Positions 29,089-38,782 of a stretch of DNA of 64,000 nucleotides are shown piece by piece. The translations under genes were made by a program, and so were the position numbers. The number at the start of each line of letters is the position of its first letter. Position 1 is the stretch's first letter. Under the pieces are notes generated by a model that saw only the letters and a list, made by a program, of their open reading frames with translations, was not told the DNA's origin and made no database searches. The stretch is from an uncultured Gemmatimonadales bacterium (GTDB lineage: Bacteria; Gemmatimonadota; Gemmatimonadetes; Gemmatimonadales; Gemmatimonadaceae): positions 3,360,001-3,424,000 of the forward strand of contig OY969695.1 of assembly GCA_963701965.1 (NCBI GenBank), read 5' to 3'.

Positions 29089-30146
29089 CGTTCGGTACGT
29101 TCTTTCTGCCCGGGCCGACGGAAGTCCGCCCGGAAGTGCTGCAGGCGATGACGCGGCCCATGATCTCGCATCGCGGCGCGGCCTTTCAAGCGATGTTCGC
29201 CCGCGTGCAGCCGGCGTTGCAGGCCGTCTTCGGGACCGCGCACCCCGTGTTCATCGCCACGTCGTCGGCCACGGGGCTCATGGAGGCGGCGGTCCGGAAC
29301 GCGCCGGCCGGCCGGGTGCTGGCGTTGGTGAACGGCGCCTTCTCGTCCCGTTTCGCGCACGTGGCCGAGGCCTGCGGCCGCGCGGTCGAACGCTACGAAG
29401 TGCCGTGGGGGGCGGTGCACGATCCCGCCGAGGTCTCCCGGCGCGTCACCGGCGCGGCGGTCGTCACGGTGGTCCACTCCGAGACGTCGACGGGCGCGCT
29501 CAACGATGTGCGGGCGATCTCCAATGCCGCACACGCGGCCGGCGCGATGTGCGTGATCGACAGCGTGAGCGGGATTCGGGGCGCCGAGATGCGGTTCGAC
29601 GCCTGGAGCCTCGACTACGTCTTCACGGGGTCGCAGAAGGCGATGGCCTTGCCCCCGGGCTTGGCCTTTGCGGTCGCGTCGCCCGCATACCTGACCCGCG
29701 GCGACCGCGCGCAGCGCGGCGCGTATTTCGACCTCGCCGAGTACGCATCGAATGCCGAGAAGGGCGAGGCGCCGAACACGCCGTCGTTGCCGTTGTACTA
29801 CGCGCTCGACGCGCAGCGCGATCGGATCCTCGGCGAAAGCGCGACGGCCGCCTGGGCGCGGCACGCCGGGATGGCGGCGTTGACGGTGGATTGGGCGGGC
29901 GCCCACGATCTCGAGATTCTCGCGCCGAAAGGCCATCGATCGCCGACGGTGTCGACGATCGTGCTGCCGGCCGGGATCAAGAGCGACAGCATCGTGCGGG
30001 CGGTAGCCGACGCGGGATACACCATTGGGTCCGGCTACGGGAAGCTCAAGGACACGACGATCCGCATCGGCCACATGGGCGATCACACACCGGACGGTGT
30101 TGCCCGGGTGCTCCGGATCACCGCCGACGCGCTAGGGCGTCGCTGA
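29085..30146 (+). CDS. Class V PLP aminotransferase (alanine-glyoxylate/serine-pyruvate type)
   Basis: LPGPT, SHRG, HSETSTG, D.VS, GSQKA..LPPGL, IRIGHMG. Confidence 0.92.
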   Translation: MTFGTFFLPGPTEVRPEVLQAMTRPMISHRGAAFQAMFARVQPALQAVFGTAHPVFIATSSATGLMEAAVRNAPAGRVLALVNGAFSSRFAHVAEACGRAVERYEVPWGAVHDPAEVSRRVTGAAVVTVVHSETSTGALNDVRAISNAAHAAGAMCVIDSVSGIRGAEMRFDAWSLDYVFTGSQKAMALPPGLAFAVASPAYLTRGDRAQRGAYFDLAEYASNAEKGEAPNTPSLPLYYALDAQRDRILGESATAAWARHAGMAALTVDWAGAHDLEILAPKGHRSPTVSTIVLPAGIKSDSIVRAVADAGYTIGSGYGKLKDTTIRIGHMGDHTPDGVARVLRITADALGRR

Positions 30147-30569
30147 CGGCTGGAACGGCCGCAACGCCGCATACCCCGCGTCGCGCAGGCGCAGCGTCGT
30201 GATGCCACCCAGCACGTAGACGTGCGCGTGCTTGTGTGACCGTGGCAGGCGCTGCTCGCCGGCGTAGGTGATCGCCGACCACGGGATGAAGAGGGCCGGC
30301 TGCCGGAACCGCAGGAGCAGATCGCGCTCCATGTAGAGCCCCGCGTTGGTCGGGATGAGCGTCGTCACGCGATTCTGCCCGGTCCCGCCGATCCCCATGA
30401 CCTGCCCCCGGACCGGCGTTCCCTCGGGTCGCACGTGCGTCCGGTATTGCGCCGCCAGCTTCGTCCAGCCACTCAGCTCCGCGAGCATTGCGCTCAAGGC
30501 CAACCATCCGCCCGCGACGGCAATCGGGAACCAAAAGGGCGGCGGCAACTGGTGGACCATCGTGGCCAT
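30132..30569 (-). CDS. Hypothetical small membrane protein
   Basis: N-terminal TM, SGW..LA..YR, GLY....L.FRQPALFIPWS.I; TACATT -10 lies 6 nt upstream. Confidence 0.65.
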   Translation of the reverse strand: MATMVHQLPPPFWFPIAVAGGWLALSAMLAELSGWTKLAAQYRTHVRPEGTPVRGQVMGIGGTGQNRVTTLIPTNAGLYMERDLLLRFRQPALFIPWSAITYAGEQRLPRSHKHAHVYVLGGITTLRLRDAGYAALRPFQPSATP

Positions 30570-30587
30570 TGTGGTAATGTATGGCGC

Positions 30588-31895
30588 ATGCGCACCGATC
30601 ACGTCGTCGCCGGCGCCCGTCGCACCATCGCGCTGCCGGCCGCGATCGCCATTCTCGTCTCCAACATGATTGGCACGGGCGTGTTCACGAGCCTGGGTCT
30701 TCAGGTCGTGGGAACGCATACCGGCTTTGCGCTCCTGGCTCTCTGGGCCCTGGGCGGTGTCGTGGCGCTCTGTGGGGCGGCGTGCTATGCGGAGCTCGGC
30801 GCCGCCATGCCGAGATCGGGCGGGGAATACGTGTACCTCGGCGAGATTTTTCATCCGCTCATTGGTTTCCTCGGCGGATGGGTGTCGGTGACGGTGGGAT
30901 TCGCCGCGGCGGCGGCGCTGTCGGGCATCGCATTTGGCCGGTATCTCGCGGCCGTCGTGCCCGTGCCGCCGGCGGTCGGGTCTCTCGCCACGCTCGGCGT
31001 CGTCACCGGCGTCCACGCCGCCAGTCTGACCCTGTCCCGGAGATTTCAGGTCGTCACCACGGCGCTCGTCGTCGCGTTGATCATTGCGTTCATCGTGGCC
31101 GGGTTCGGGTACGGTCACGCCGAACCGGTCGCGTTTGCGCCGAGCGTCGGCGCTTGGCGCGAGGTCGGGTCGCCGCCATTCGCCGTGTCGCTCATTTACG
31201 TCTCGTATGCGTATTCGGGCTGGAATGCCGCCGGGTATGTCGCCGGAGAGCTGCGGGATCCCGAGCGCACCATTCCGCGGGCGTTGATCGTCAGCGCGAT
31301 TCTCGTCACCGTGCTCTACGTGCTGCTCAACTGGACGTTCCTGCGTACCGTCCCCGCGGGCGATCTCGCGGGCACCATCGAAGTGGGGGCGCGCTCGGCC
31401 ACGCGCATGTTCGGTCCCATCGGGGGACGCATCATGAGCGCGGTCATCGCGCTGGCCCTGCTCGCGTCGATGAGCGGGTTCGTCCTGGCCGGCTCGCGCG
31501 TCACGCAAGCCATGGTCGCGGATCTTCCCGCGCTCGCTTCCCTCGCGCGGTACAGCCCTACCGGCGTGCCGCGGGCCGCGGTCCTGGTCCAGGTGGGACT
31601 CACCGTCGTGCTCCTGCTCAGCAACGCATTCGAGCTGGTGCTGACCTATGCCGGGTTCACGCTGGAGCTCATGACCCTCTTTGCCATAGCCGCGCTGATC
31701 GTGCGGCGGAGGCGCGGCACACCGACGCCGCCCGCACTTCAGGCCTGGGGCTATCCGGCGACCGCGTTCGTCTACGCCGCGGTCAGCATTTGGACACTCG
31801 TGTTTGTCATCGCCCAGCGTCCGATCGCCGCTTTAGGCGGCGCCATTACCCTCGTCCTCGGGGTCCTGCTGTACGCCGGTCTCCGCGCACGATAG
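30588..31895 (+). CDS. APC family amino acid permease
   Basis: NMIGTGVF, YAELG..MPRSGGEY.Y, YAYSGWN, GE..DPER.IPRA; about 12 TMs. Confidence 0.93.
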   Translation: MRTDHVVAGARRTIALPAAIAILVSNMIGTGVFTSLGLQVVGTHTGFALLALWALGGVVALCGAACYAELGAAMPRSGGEYVYLGEIFHPLIGFLGGWVSVTVGFAAAAALSGIAFGRYLAAVVPVPPAVGSLATLGVVTGVHAASLTLSRRFQVVTTALVVALIIAFIVAGFGYGHAEPVAFAPSVGAWREVGSPPFAVSLIYVSYAYSGWNAAGYVAGELRDPERTIPRALIVSAILVTVLYVLLNWTFLRTVPAGDLAGTIEVGARSATRMFGPIGGRIMSAVIALALLASMSGFVLAGSRVTQAMVADLPALASLARYSPTGVPRAAVLVQVGLTVVLLLSNAFELVLTYAGFTLELMTLFAIAALIVRRRRGTPTPPALQAWGYPATAFVYAAVSIWTLVFVIAQRPIAALGGAITLVLGVLLYAGLRAR

Positions 31896-31896
31896 C

Positions 31897-33540
31897 TTGT
31901 CGCCCATGCCTCTTTACATGCCGCCGCCGCGTGTCGAAGTCGTGGTCCCGGCCACACTCCGCGCCGCGCCGCTCACCGGGCGCATCTTCGTCTTCTTCTC
32001 GCGCGACTCGACACCGGAACCTCGCCTGCAAGCCGGCGGGATGGTCTCGGTGCCCTTCTTCGGCGCCGACGTCGACCAGTTGGCGCCCGGCACGCCTGGC
32101 ATCATTGACGACCACGCGCCCGGCAACATGGGCTATCCCCTGCGATCGCTGTCGAGCCTCAAGGCCGGCGACTACTACGTGCAGGCCATCGTCAGCGTCT
32201 ACACGAAGTTTGTCCGCGCCGACGGCCACACCATCTGGGCCCACATGGACGAGTGGGAGGGGCAACAGTTCAACCGGGCCCCCGGCACGTTGGTCGGCCC
32301 CATCACCCGCGTGCACGTGGACCCGCGCGCGGGACTCGATCTCAAGCTCACGGTGGCGCGCGAGCTGCCCCCCGTCCAAATCCCGCCCGACACCAAGTAC
32401 GTCAAGCACGTCCGGATCCAGAGCGAGATCCTGACGAAATGGTGGGGCCACCCCATCTACTTCGGCGCGGTCGTGCTCTTGCCAAAGGGCTACGACGAGC
32501 ATCCCGATGCCCACTATCCCACGGTCTGGGAGCAGGGCCACTTCACCCTCTCGCCACCGTTCGGGTTCTCGCTCGACTCGACGCCCGAGACTCTGGAACG
32601 CAAACGCGAGCGCCTCGAGCGCACGCAAGCGCGCGAGACTGGCTACGAGTTCGCCCGCGACTGGATGAGCGACACGTTCCCGCGCATGGTCGCGATCCGG
32701 ATCCTGCATCCGTCGCCCTACTACGACGACTCGTACGCGGTGAACTCGCCCAACAACGGCCCGTTCGGCGACGCCATCATGCAGGAGCTGATCCCCTACC
32801 TCGAGGAGCATTATCGGGTCATCCGCCAGCCGTACGCCCGCATGCTCACGGGCGGGTCGACCGGCGGTTGGGAATCGCTCGCCCTGCAGGTGTACCACCC
32901 CGATTTCTTCGGCGGCACGTGGACGTTCTATCCCGACCCTGTCGATTTCCGGCGGTACGAGCAGGTCAACATTTACAGCGACACGAACGCGTTCTGGATC
33001 CGGCGCAATGAGTGGATCACGCAGCCCCGGCCGTCGGAACGCCGGAGCGACGGGCAGCCCGTGGTCCAGCTCCGCGAGGAGAACCAGCTCAACAACGCGC
33101 GCGGCAGTCACCGCCGGGGCGGCGAGAACTTCGCCATCTGGGAGGCCGCCTACGGTCCCGCCGCCAGCGATGGCTACCCGGCGCCGATCTGGAACGACAG
33201 CACGGGCGTCATCAACCGCGACGTCGCGGAGTATTGGCGCGACCACTATGACATCCGCGAGTACCTGTCGCGCAACTGGTCGCGCGTCGGCCCCGATCTC
33301 GTCGGGAAGATCCACGTGTATTGCGGCGACATGGACAACTATTACCTGAACCTGGCCGTCTACCTGCTGCAGGACTATCTGGAGCACACGACCAGCCCCG
33401 CTTACGGTGGATCGTTCGACTACGGCCGTCCGCTCAAGGGCCACGGGTGGCAGCCAATGTCCAACGCCGATCTCCTGCGGATCATGGCGAAACACATCGC
33501 GCAGCACGCGCCAGCGGGGTCGGCGGCGGCGGTGAACTGA
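31897..33540 (+). CDS. Putative esterase (alpha/beta hydrolase, Fes-like)
   Basis: GGSTGGW nucleophile elbow, YYDDSYAVNS.N.GP.GDAI, GK.H...GDMD; paralog of 48245..50002. Start uncertain. Confidence 0.8.
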   Translation: MSPMPLYMPPPRVEVVVPATLRAAPLTGRIFVFFSRDSTPEPRLQAGGMVSVPFFGADVDQLAPGTPGIIDDHAPGNMGYPLRSLSSLKAGDYYVQAIVSVYTKFVRADGHTIWAHMDEWEGQQFNRAPGTLVGPITRVHVDPRAGLDLKLTVARELPPVQIPPDTKYVKHVRIQSEILTKWWGHPIYFGAVVLLPKGYDEHPDAHYPTVWEQGHFTLSPPFGFSLDSTPETLERKRERLERTQARETGYEFARDWMSDTFPRMVAIRILHPSPYYDDSYAVNSPNNGPFGDAIMQELIPYLEEHYRVIRQPYARMLTGGSTGGWESLALQVYHPDFFGGTWTFYPDPVDFRRYEQVNIYSDTNAFWIRRNEWITQPRPSERRSDGQPVVQLREENQLNNARGSHRRGGENFAIWEAAYGPAASDGYPAPIWNDSTGVINRDVAEYWRDHYDIREYLSRNWSRVGPDLVGKIHVYCGDMDNYYLNLAVYLLQDYLEHTTSPAYGGSFDYGRPLKGHGWQPMSNADLLRIMAKHIAQHAPAGSAAAVN

Positions 33541-33605
33541 CGCCGGGAAAAAGGCGGCACCGGCCGCGTTCAAACGCCGCGGCCGGTCGCGTTGTCCAAC
33601 CCGCC

Positions 33606-36035
33606 ATGCGCGCACTCCAATACGCCTGGCGCCGCCTGTGGTCGACCCGAGGGGTCACCGCTCTGGCGATGCTCACCATGACCCTGGGCATTGCCGCCAC
33701 GACCGCCGTGTTCAGTGTCGCCAACGCGGTCCTGCTACGGCCGCTGCCGTACCCCGATCCCGCCGGTCTCGTGATGATCTGGAATCACTGGACTGGCTGG
33801 CCGTCCACCTGGCTCGCCGAAGCGGAATTCCTCGATTACCGCGACAAGGCGCGATCGTTCAGCGCGGTCGGGGCGTTCACCGGCGATAGCCGCAACCTGA
33901 CCGGCGGCGACACGCCGGAACGCGTGCGGGTCGGCATCGCGTCGGCCGGGGTCTTTACGGCCCTCGGGACCCACCCGCAGATCGGCCGCGTGTACTCGGT
34001 GACCGAGGACCGACCCGGGGGCGCGCGCGTCGCGGTGATCTCCGATGGACTCTGGCGCCGCCGCTTCGCGGCCGATCCCAACATCCTGGGCAAGTCGATT
34101 CTGCTCGACGACAGCATCTCCACCGTCATCGGCGTCATGCCGCCGGGATTCCAGTTGCCGCTCGACTTCGGCGCCGACCCCATGGATCTCTGGCTGCCGT
34201 TGGCCCTGGGTCCCGTCAATCCGACGATGCGCGGCGGACATTACCTCAACGCCATCGCCCGCCTCCGTCCCGGCGTGACGCCGGCGGCCGCCGAGGCCGA
34301 AGTCCAGGCCATGGGGCGGCAAATGATCGCCGACTATCCCGGCGCCTATGCGCCGGAGTTCGGCGCCTTTGCGCGCAGCGTCACGAGTCAGGTGCTGGGC
34401 GACATTCGGCCGACGCTCGTGCTCCTGCTGGCCGCCGTGGCGTGTGTACTGCTCATTGCCTGCGCCAACGTCACGAATCTCCTGCTCTCCCGGGCCCACG
34501 CGCGCCAGCGCGAGATCGTCGTCCGCACGGCGCTTGGCGCCAGTCCCGCCCGTTTGGTGCGACAGCTCCTCTCCGAAGGCCTGTTGTTGTCCCTCACGAG
34601 TGGGGCGATTGGCCTGGCGCTGGCCGCCGCCGCGCTCCGCGGGTTCGCCGCGATCGCCCCCGCCACCATCCCTCGCGTGACGGGCGTGGGGGTCGATCTC
34701 ACGGTGGTGCTCTTCATCACCGGTGTGTCGTGTCTCACGGGCATCGGCTGCGCGCTGGCGCCGGCGCTGCACGCGATCGGCGCGGACCTGCATACCGTTC
34801 TCAAAACGGCGGGTCGCGCGGTCACGATCGACCGGGCGGGCGATCGTTTGCGCCGCGCGCTCATTGCCGGCGAGGTGGCGCTCTCCGTCGTGCTGCTCAT
34901 CGGGGCCGGACTGCTGCTCAAGAGCTTTGCCCGCTTGCACGCCGTGGACCCCGGGTTTTCGCCGGCCAACGTGTTGACGGTGCGCGTGAGCGTCCCGGCC
35001 GCGCGGTATCCCGACAACCAATCGGTCCGCGCGTTCTATCAGACGGCGGTGCAACGCCTGGGTAGCCTGCCCGGAGTCACGGCGGCGGGGCTCGTGCGGG
35101 TTCTCCCCATGACGGACATCATGGGCGACTGGGGGTTCGCCGTCGAGGGCCGCAAGACGGACAAGCAATTTGCCTATGCGGCCGACTGGCAAATCGTCTC
35201 GCCCGACTACTTTCGCGTGATGGGCATCGCCCGCCACTCCGGGCGCGCGTTCTCGGTGACGGACGATGCGCATGCGCCCGGCGTCGTCGCCATCAACGAA
35301 GCGTTGGCCCATCGCGTGTGGCCGGACGGCAACGCCATCGGCCAACGCATCCTGCTGGGCGGAACGTCGGATAGCCTGTGGCGCACGGTCACCGCGGTGG
35401 TCGCCAATGTGCACCATCGCGGCCTGGACGCCGAGCCGCGCCCGGAGATGTACATCCCGCACGCGCAGTGGCCGCACGGCGAAGGCACCGCGTCGCGCAC
35501 CGTGTATCTCGTGCTGCGGAGCGTGCGGGATCCGCGGGCGCTGGCGGGCAATGTGCGGCGCACGGTGCAGGCGCTGGATCCGAATCTGCCGTTGTCGAAC
35601 ATTCGCACGATGGACGAGGTCCTCGCCGGATGGACGGCGGCGCGGCGCCTCGCGCTCGTCGTGCTGGCGGCGCTGGCGGCCGCGGCGGCGACGCTGGCCG
35701 CGATCGGCTTGTATGGGGTCGTCGGCTATGCCGTGGCGCAGCGGACGAGCGAGATCGGCATCCGCCGGGCGCTCGGTGCCGATGCGGCATCGGTCATGGC
35801 GCTGGTGGCGCGGCAAAACGCGGCGCCGGTGGTGATCGGCGTTGGGGTGGGGTTGCTCGGCGCCCTGGCCGCGTCGCGGCTCGTGCGCGCCATGCTGTTT
35901 CAGGTGTCGAGCGGCGACGTGACTGTGTATGCGATCGTGCCGGTGATGCTGGGCGTGGTCGCGGTCCTGGCCACCTATGTGCCGGCGCGCCGGGCCACGC
36001 GCGTCGATCCGCTGACGGCGCTCCGCTCCGAGTAG
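33606..36035 (+). CDS. ADOP-family duplicated orphan ABC permease
   Basis: TLGIAATTAVFSV.NAVLLRPLPY, LLIACANV.NLLL, EIGIR.ALGA, PARRATRVDP. Confidence 0.93.
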   Translation: MRALQYAWRRLWSTRGVTALAMLTMTLGIAATTAVFSVANAVLLRPLPYPDPAGLVMIWNHWTGWPSTWLAEAEFLDYRDKARSFSAVGAFTGDSRNLTGGDTPERVRVGIASAGVFTALGTHPQIGRVYSVTEDRPGGARVAVISDGLWRRRFAADPNILGKSILLDDSISTVIGVMPPGFQLPLDFGADPMDLWLPLALGPVNPTMRGGHYLNAIARLRPGVTPAAAEAEVQAMGRQMIADYPGAYAPEFGAFARSVTSQVLGDIRPTLVLLLAAVACVLLIACANVTNLLLSRAHARQREIVVRTALGASPARLVRQLLSEGLLLSLTSGAIGLALAAAALRGFAAIAPATIPRVTGVGVDLTVVLFITGVSCLTGIGCALAPALHAIGADLHTVLKTAGRAVTIDRAGDRLRRALIAGEVALSVVLLIGAGLLLKSFARLHAVDPGFSPANVLTVRVSVPAARYPDNQSVRAFYQTAVQRLGSLPGVTAAGLVRVLPMTDIMGDWGFAVEGRKTDKQFAYAADWQIVSPDYFRVMGIARHSGRAFSVTDDAHAPGVVAINEALAHRVWPDGNAIGQRILLGGTSDSLWRTVTAVVANVHHRGLDAEPRPEMYIPHAQWPHGEGTASRTVYLVLRSVRDPRALAGNVRRTVQALDPNLPLSNIRTMDEVLAGWTAARRLALVVLAALAAAAATLAAIGLYGVVGYAVAQRTSEIGIRRALGADAASVMALVARQNAAPVVIGVGVGLLGALAASRLVRAMLFQVSSGDVTVYAIVPVMLGVVAVLATYVPARRATRVDPLTALRSE

Positions 36036-36910
36036 CGCAACGCGATCGCCAGAAAGGCGTTGAGGACCCGCGAGAGCCGGTGCGGTTGGTAGACCGCGGC
36101 CAGCTCCGCGGTGGCGCGTAGGCCGCGGAGAGGGCGGAACTCCACGCCTTCGAGATTGAGGCTGCGGACCGAGGCGGGCACGATGGTGACGCCGAGCCCG
36201 GAAGCGACGAGGCTCAGAATGGTCTGATATTCCGAGCTTTCGTGGCGGACGTTGGGCTCGAAGCCGGCGCGCTGGCAGGCGCTGGTGAGCACGTCGTGAT
36301 AGGCGGGCGCGACGTGCCGCGGAAAGAGGATGAAGGGCTCGGCGCGCAGGGCGCCAATGGCAATGGTGCGCCGGCTCACGAGCCGGTGATCCGCGGGCAA
36401 GGCGGCGAGAAAAGGCTCGCGCCGGACGACCTCGGCGCGCGCGCGCGTCGCCGACACGGGGCCGCGCACGAGGGCGGCGTCGACGAGGTTGCGCTCCACG
36501 GCATCGAGTTGGGTCTCCGTGGTGCCTTCGATCAGCTCCAGCTGGATGTGTGGGTACGCGGCCCGAAACGCGCGCACGATTTCCACGAGGCCGCCGAGCG
36601 CCGCCGAGTCGGTGAAGCCGACGCGGAGGATGTCGACCTCGCCGCGGCCGGCGCGCTGGGCCGCGTCCATGCCGCGGGTGGCCTCGGCGAGCGTGCGGCG
36701 GGCGCCGCCGAGGAGCGCGGTGCCCGCCGGCGTGAGCTCGACGCGCCGGCTGGTGCGCACGAACAGCGGTGCGCCGAGGATGCGCTCGAGCTGCCGGATC
36801 TGCTGGCTCAAGGGCGGCTGCGAGAGGTTGAGGCGCCGCGCGGCGCGGCCGAAGTGCAATTCCTCGGCGACGGCGACGAAGTACCGCAGGTGTCGGAGTT
36901 CGACCAGCAT
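35975..36910 (-). CDS. LysR family transcriptional regulator
   Basis: ELRHLRYFVAVAEELHFGRAA.RL..SQPPLSQQI..LE. Confidence 0.96.
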   Translation of the reverse strand: MLVELRHLRYFVAVAEELHFGRAARRLNLSQPPLSQQIRQLERILGAPLFVRTSRRVELTPAGTALLGGARRTLAEATRGMDAAQRAGRGEVDILRVGFTDSAALGGLVEIVRAFRAAYPHIQLELIEGTTETQLDAVERNLVDAALVRGPVSATRARAEVVRREPFLAALPADHRLVSRRTIAIGALRAEPFILFPRHVAPAYHDVLTSACQRAGFEPNVRHESSEYQTILSLVASGLGVTIVPASVRSLNLEGVEFRPLRGLRATAELAAVYQPHRLSRVLNAFLAIALRYSERSAVSGSTRVARRAGT

Positions 36911-36923
36911 CGAGACGCTCCAG

Positions 36924-36952
36924 ATATTGATAAAGAACGAACAATATATTGG
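36924..36952. promoter_or_regulatory. AT-rich LysR-type operator between divergent genes
   Basis: ATATTG-N12-CAATAT inverted repeat (36924-36947) in an AT-rich spacer. Confidence 0.5.
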
Positions 36953-36983
36953 TCGTCACGGCTACCGCTGTGCATCCTGTGAC

Positions 36984-38006
36984 ATGAACGCGTTGGAACG
37001 CATGGCGGCACATGGCCACGAATCGGTCGTGTTCGCTTCCGATGTCCCGAGTGGGTACCGCGCCATCATCGCCATTCACTCGACGCGCCTGGGACCGGCG
37101 CTCGGCGGGACGCGCCTCTGGCCGTACGCCAGTGAGGACTCGGCGCTGGCCGACGTGCTGCGGCTGGCGGAGGGCATGACCTACAAGGCCGCGGCGGCGG
37201 GCATGCCGTTCGGCGGCGGCAAAGCGGTGCTCATCGCCGATCCGGCGTCGATCGATCGGTCCGCGGTGTTCCGCGCCCACGGGCGCGCGGTCGATCGCCT
37301 GGCCGGCCGGTACATCACGTCGATCGACATCGGCACGGGGCCGGACGACATGGTCCACGTGCACGAGGAGACGCGCTACGCGGCTGGGTTGCCCGCGCCG
37401 TTTGGCAGCCCGGCGCCGGGCACGGCGCGCGGGGTCCAGCGGGCCATCGAGGCCGCCCTGCTCCACACGCGCGGCAGTGCCGATCTGGCGGGTCGTACCG
37501 TGGCGATCCAGGGATGCGGCGCCGTCGGCGCCCTGCTGGCCAAAGGGCTGCACGCGGGTGGCGCGAAGCTCATCGTCAGCGACGTGGACACGGCGCGCGT
37601 CGCCAAGGTCGCCCGCGAGTCGGGAGCGCGGATCGTGCGGCCCGAGGAGATCCACACGGCGGACGTCGACGTCTTTGCGCCGTGCGCTTTCGGGGCGGGG
37701 CTCTCCGAGACCACGATCCCGCAGCTCCGCTGTCGCGCCATCGCCGGTGCCGCCAACAACCAGCTGGCCACGCCGGTCGACGGCGTGCGCCTCACCGACC
37801 GCGGCATCGCCTACGCGCCGGACTTCATCGCGAACGCGGGCGGCCTCATCTACCTGGGCCAGGAAGTCCTCGGCTGGAGCTCCGACCGCGTCACCGCGAG
37901 CATCGACCGGATCTTCGACACAGTCGGCGAAGTGTTCCGCCGCGCCGCCGAGCGGCATATCACGACCCACGAGGCCGCTGTCGCGCTAGCGAAAGAAAGG
38001 CTCTGA
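36984..38006 (+). CDS. Leu/Phe/Val dehydrogenase
   Basis: IAIHST.LGPALGGTR, LA.GMTYK, GGGKAV, QG.GAVG, APCA.G, GAANNQL, PDF..NAGG. Confidence 0.93.
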   Translation: MNALERMAAHGHESVVFASDVPSGYRAIIAIHSTRLGPALGGTRLWPYASEDSALADVLRLAEGMTYKAAAAGMPFGGGKAVLIADPASIDRSAVFRAHGRAVDRLAGRYITSIDIGTGPDDMVHVHEETRYAAGLPAPFGSPAPGTARGVQRAIEAALLHTRGSADLAGRTVAIQGCGAVGALLAKGLHAGGAKLIVSDVDTARVAKVARESGARIVRPEEIHTADVDVFAPCAFGAGLSETTIPQLRCRAIAGAANNQLATPVDGVRLTDRGIAYAPDFIANAGGLIYLGQEVLGWSSDRVTASIDRIFDTVGEVFRRAAERHITTHEAAVALAKERL

Positions 38007-38010
38007 GCGG

Positions 38011-38700
38011 TTAGCGCCGCAGCGCCAGCGAGAACGTGTCCCCTTGTCGCGGGACCCGTCGCCCTTGGTACATCGGGACCTGTTCCCCGGCCCGATGGTG
38101 GTAAATGACGATGCGTCGGGCGTCGACTCGCTTGCCAATCTTCATGAACGCCTTGAGTTGCCACGGTGTCACGAAGGCGACGTCCAGATCGGTTTGGCTG
38201 GCCAACGCCTGGATGTCATCGGTGTCGCCCGGGAAATAGAACCTGAGGCCGTGCCAGACCACGAGATACGAGTAGTGTTCGATCGTCCCGTGCGGAGTCC
38301 GGAAGGGCGTTATCGTGATGCCCTCATAGGTCATCTCCGGCGCGAACGGGATCTTGCGGGGCGTATCCAAGGTGGCCACGAGAGACGGAGGGGCCACGAT
38401 CGCGAAGTGCGTCGCTGAAAACAGAGTCGGGCTGAAGTGATCGGCGTGGCCATGCGTGATGAGACAGAGGACGTTGCCGCCTCGGGGGATCTTGCCGGCA
38501 TCGTACGTCATGTAGCCGAATGCGCCCGACTCGTAGGGGAAGTCAGTCAGCAGCGTGGTAGTGCCGTCGCTGATGTGGAAGGCTTCGTTGCCAATGAACT
38601 CGAAGACGAGACTGTCGGGCGGCGGCGCCGCGTGTAGCAGGCGTGGCACCACGAGAAGGAATGCCAACAGCTTCGGGACGAGTCCCTGCCATGCTCGCAT
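38011..38700 (-). CDS. Secreted MBL-fold metallo-hydrolase
   Basis: Signal peptide; THGHADH, H, GDT and HH motifs. Confidence 0.8.
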   Translation of the reverse strand: MRAWQGLVPKLLAFLLVVPRLLHAAPPPDSLVFEFIGNEAFHISDGTTTLLTDFPYESGAFGYMTYDAGKIPRGGNVLCLITHGHADHFSPTLFSATHFAIVAPPSLVATLDTPRKIPFAPEMTYEGITITPFRTPHGTIEHYSYLVVWHGLRFYFPGDTDDIQALASQTDLDVAFVTPWQLKAFMKIGKRVDARRIVIYHHRAGEQVPMYQGRRVPRQGDTFSLALRR

Positions 38701-38782
38701 AGGTGTGGTGTCTCACCGATCGTTGACTATTGCCACCAAGCAGGGATGGAACCCTTGGAACCCGGGCCGGTTCCAACTCGGT

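Noticed and set aside
33559..33587. GC hairpin ACCGGCCGCG/CGCGGCCGGT as a terminator
   Set aside because: No U-tract on the coding strand, and such stems are common at this GC content.
33735..37970. 1411-aa minus-strand ORF and similar long antisense ORFs (e.g. 135..2036, 31846..33615)
   Set aside because: High-GC shadow frames of well-supported genes; Arg/Gly/Ala-rich with no motifs.
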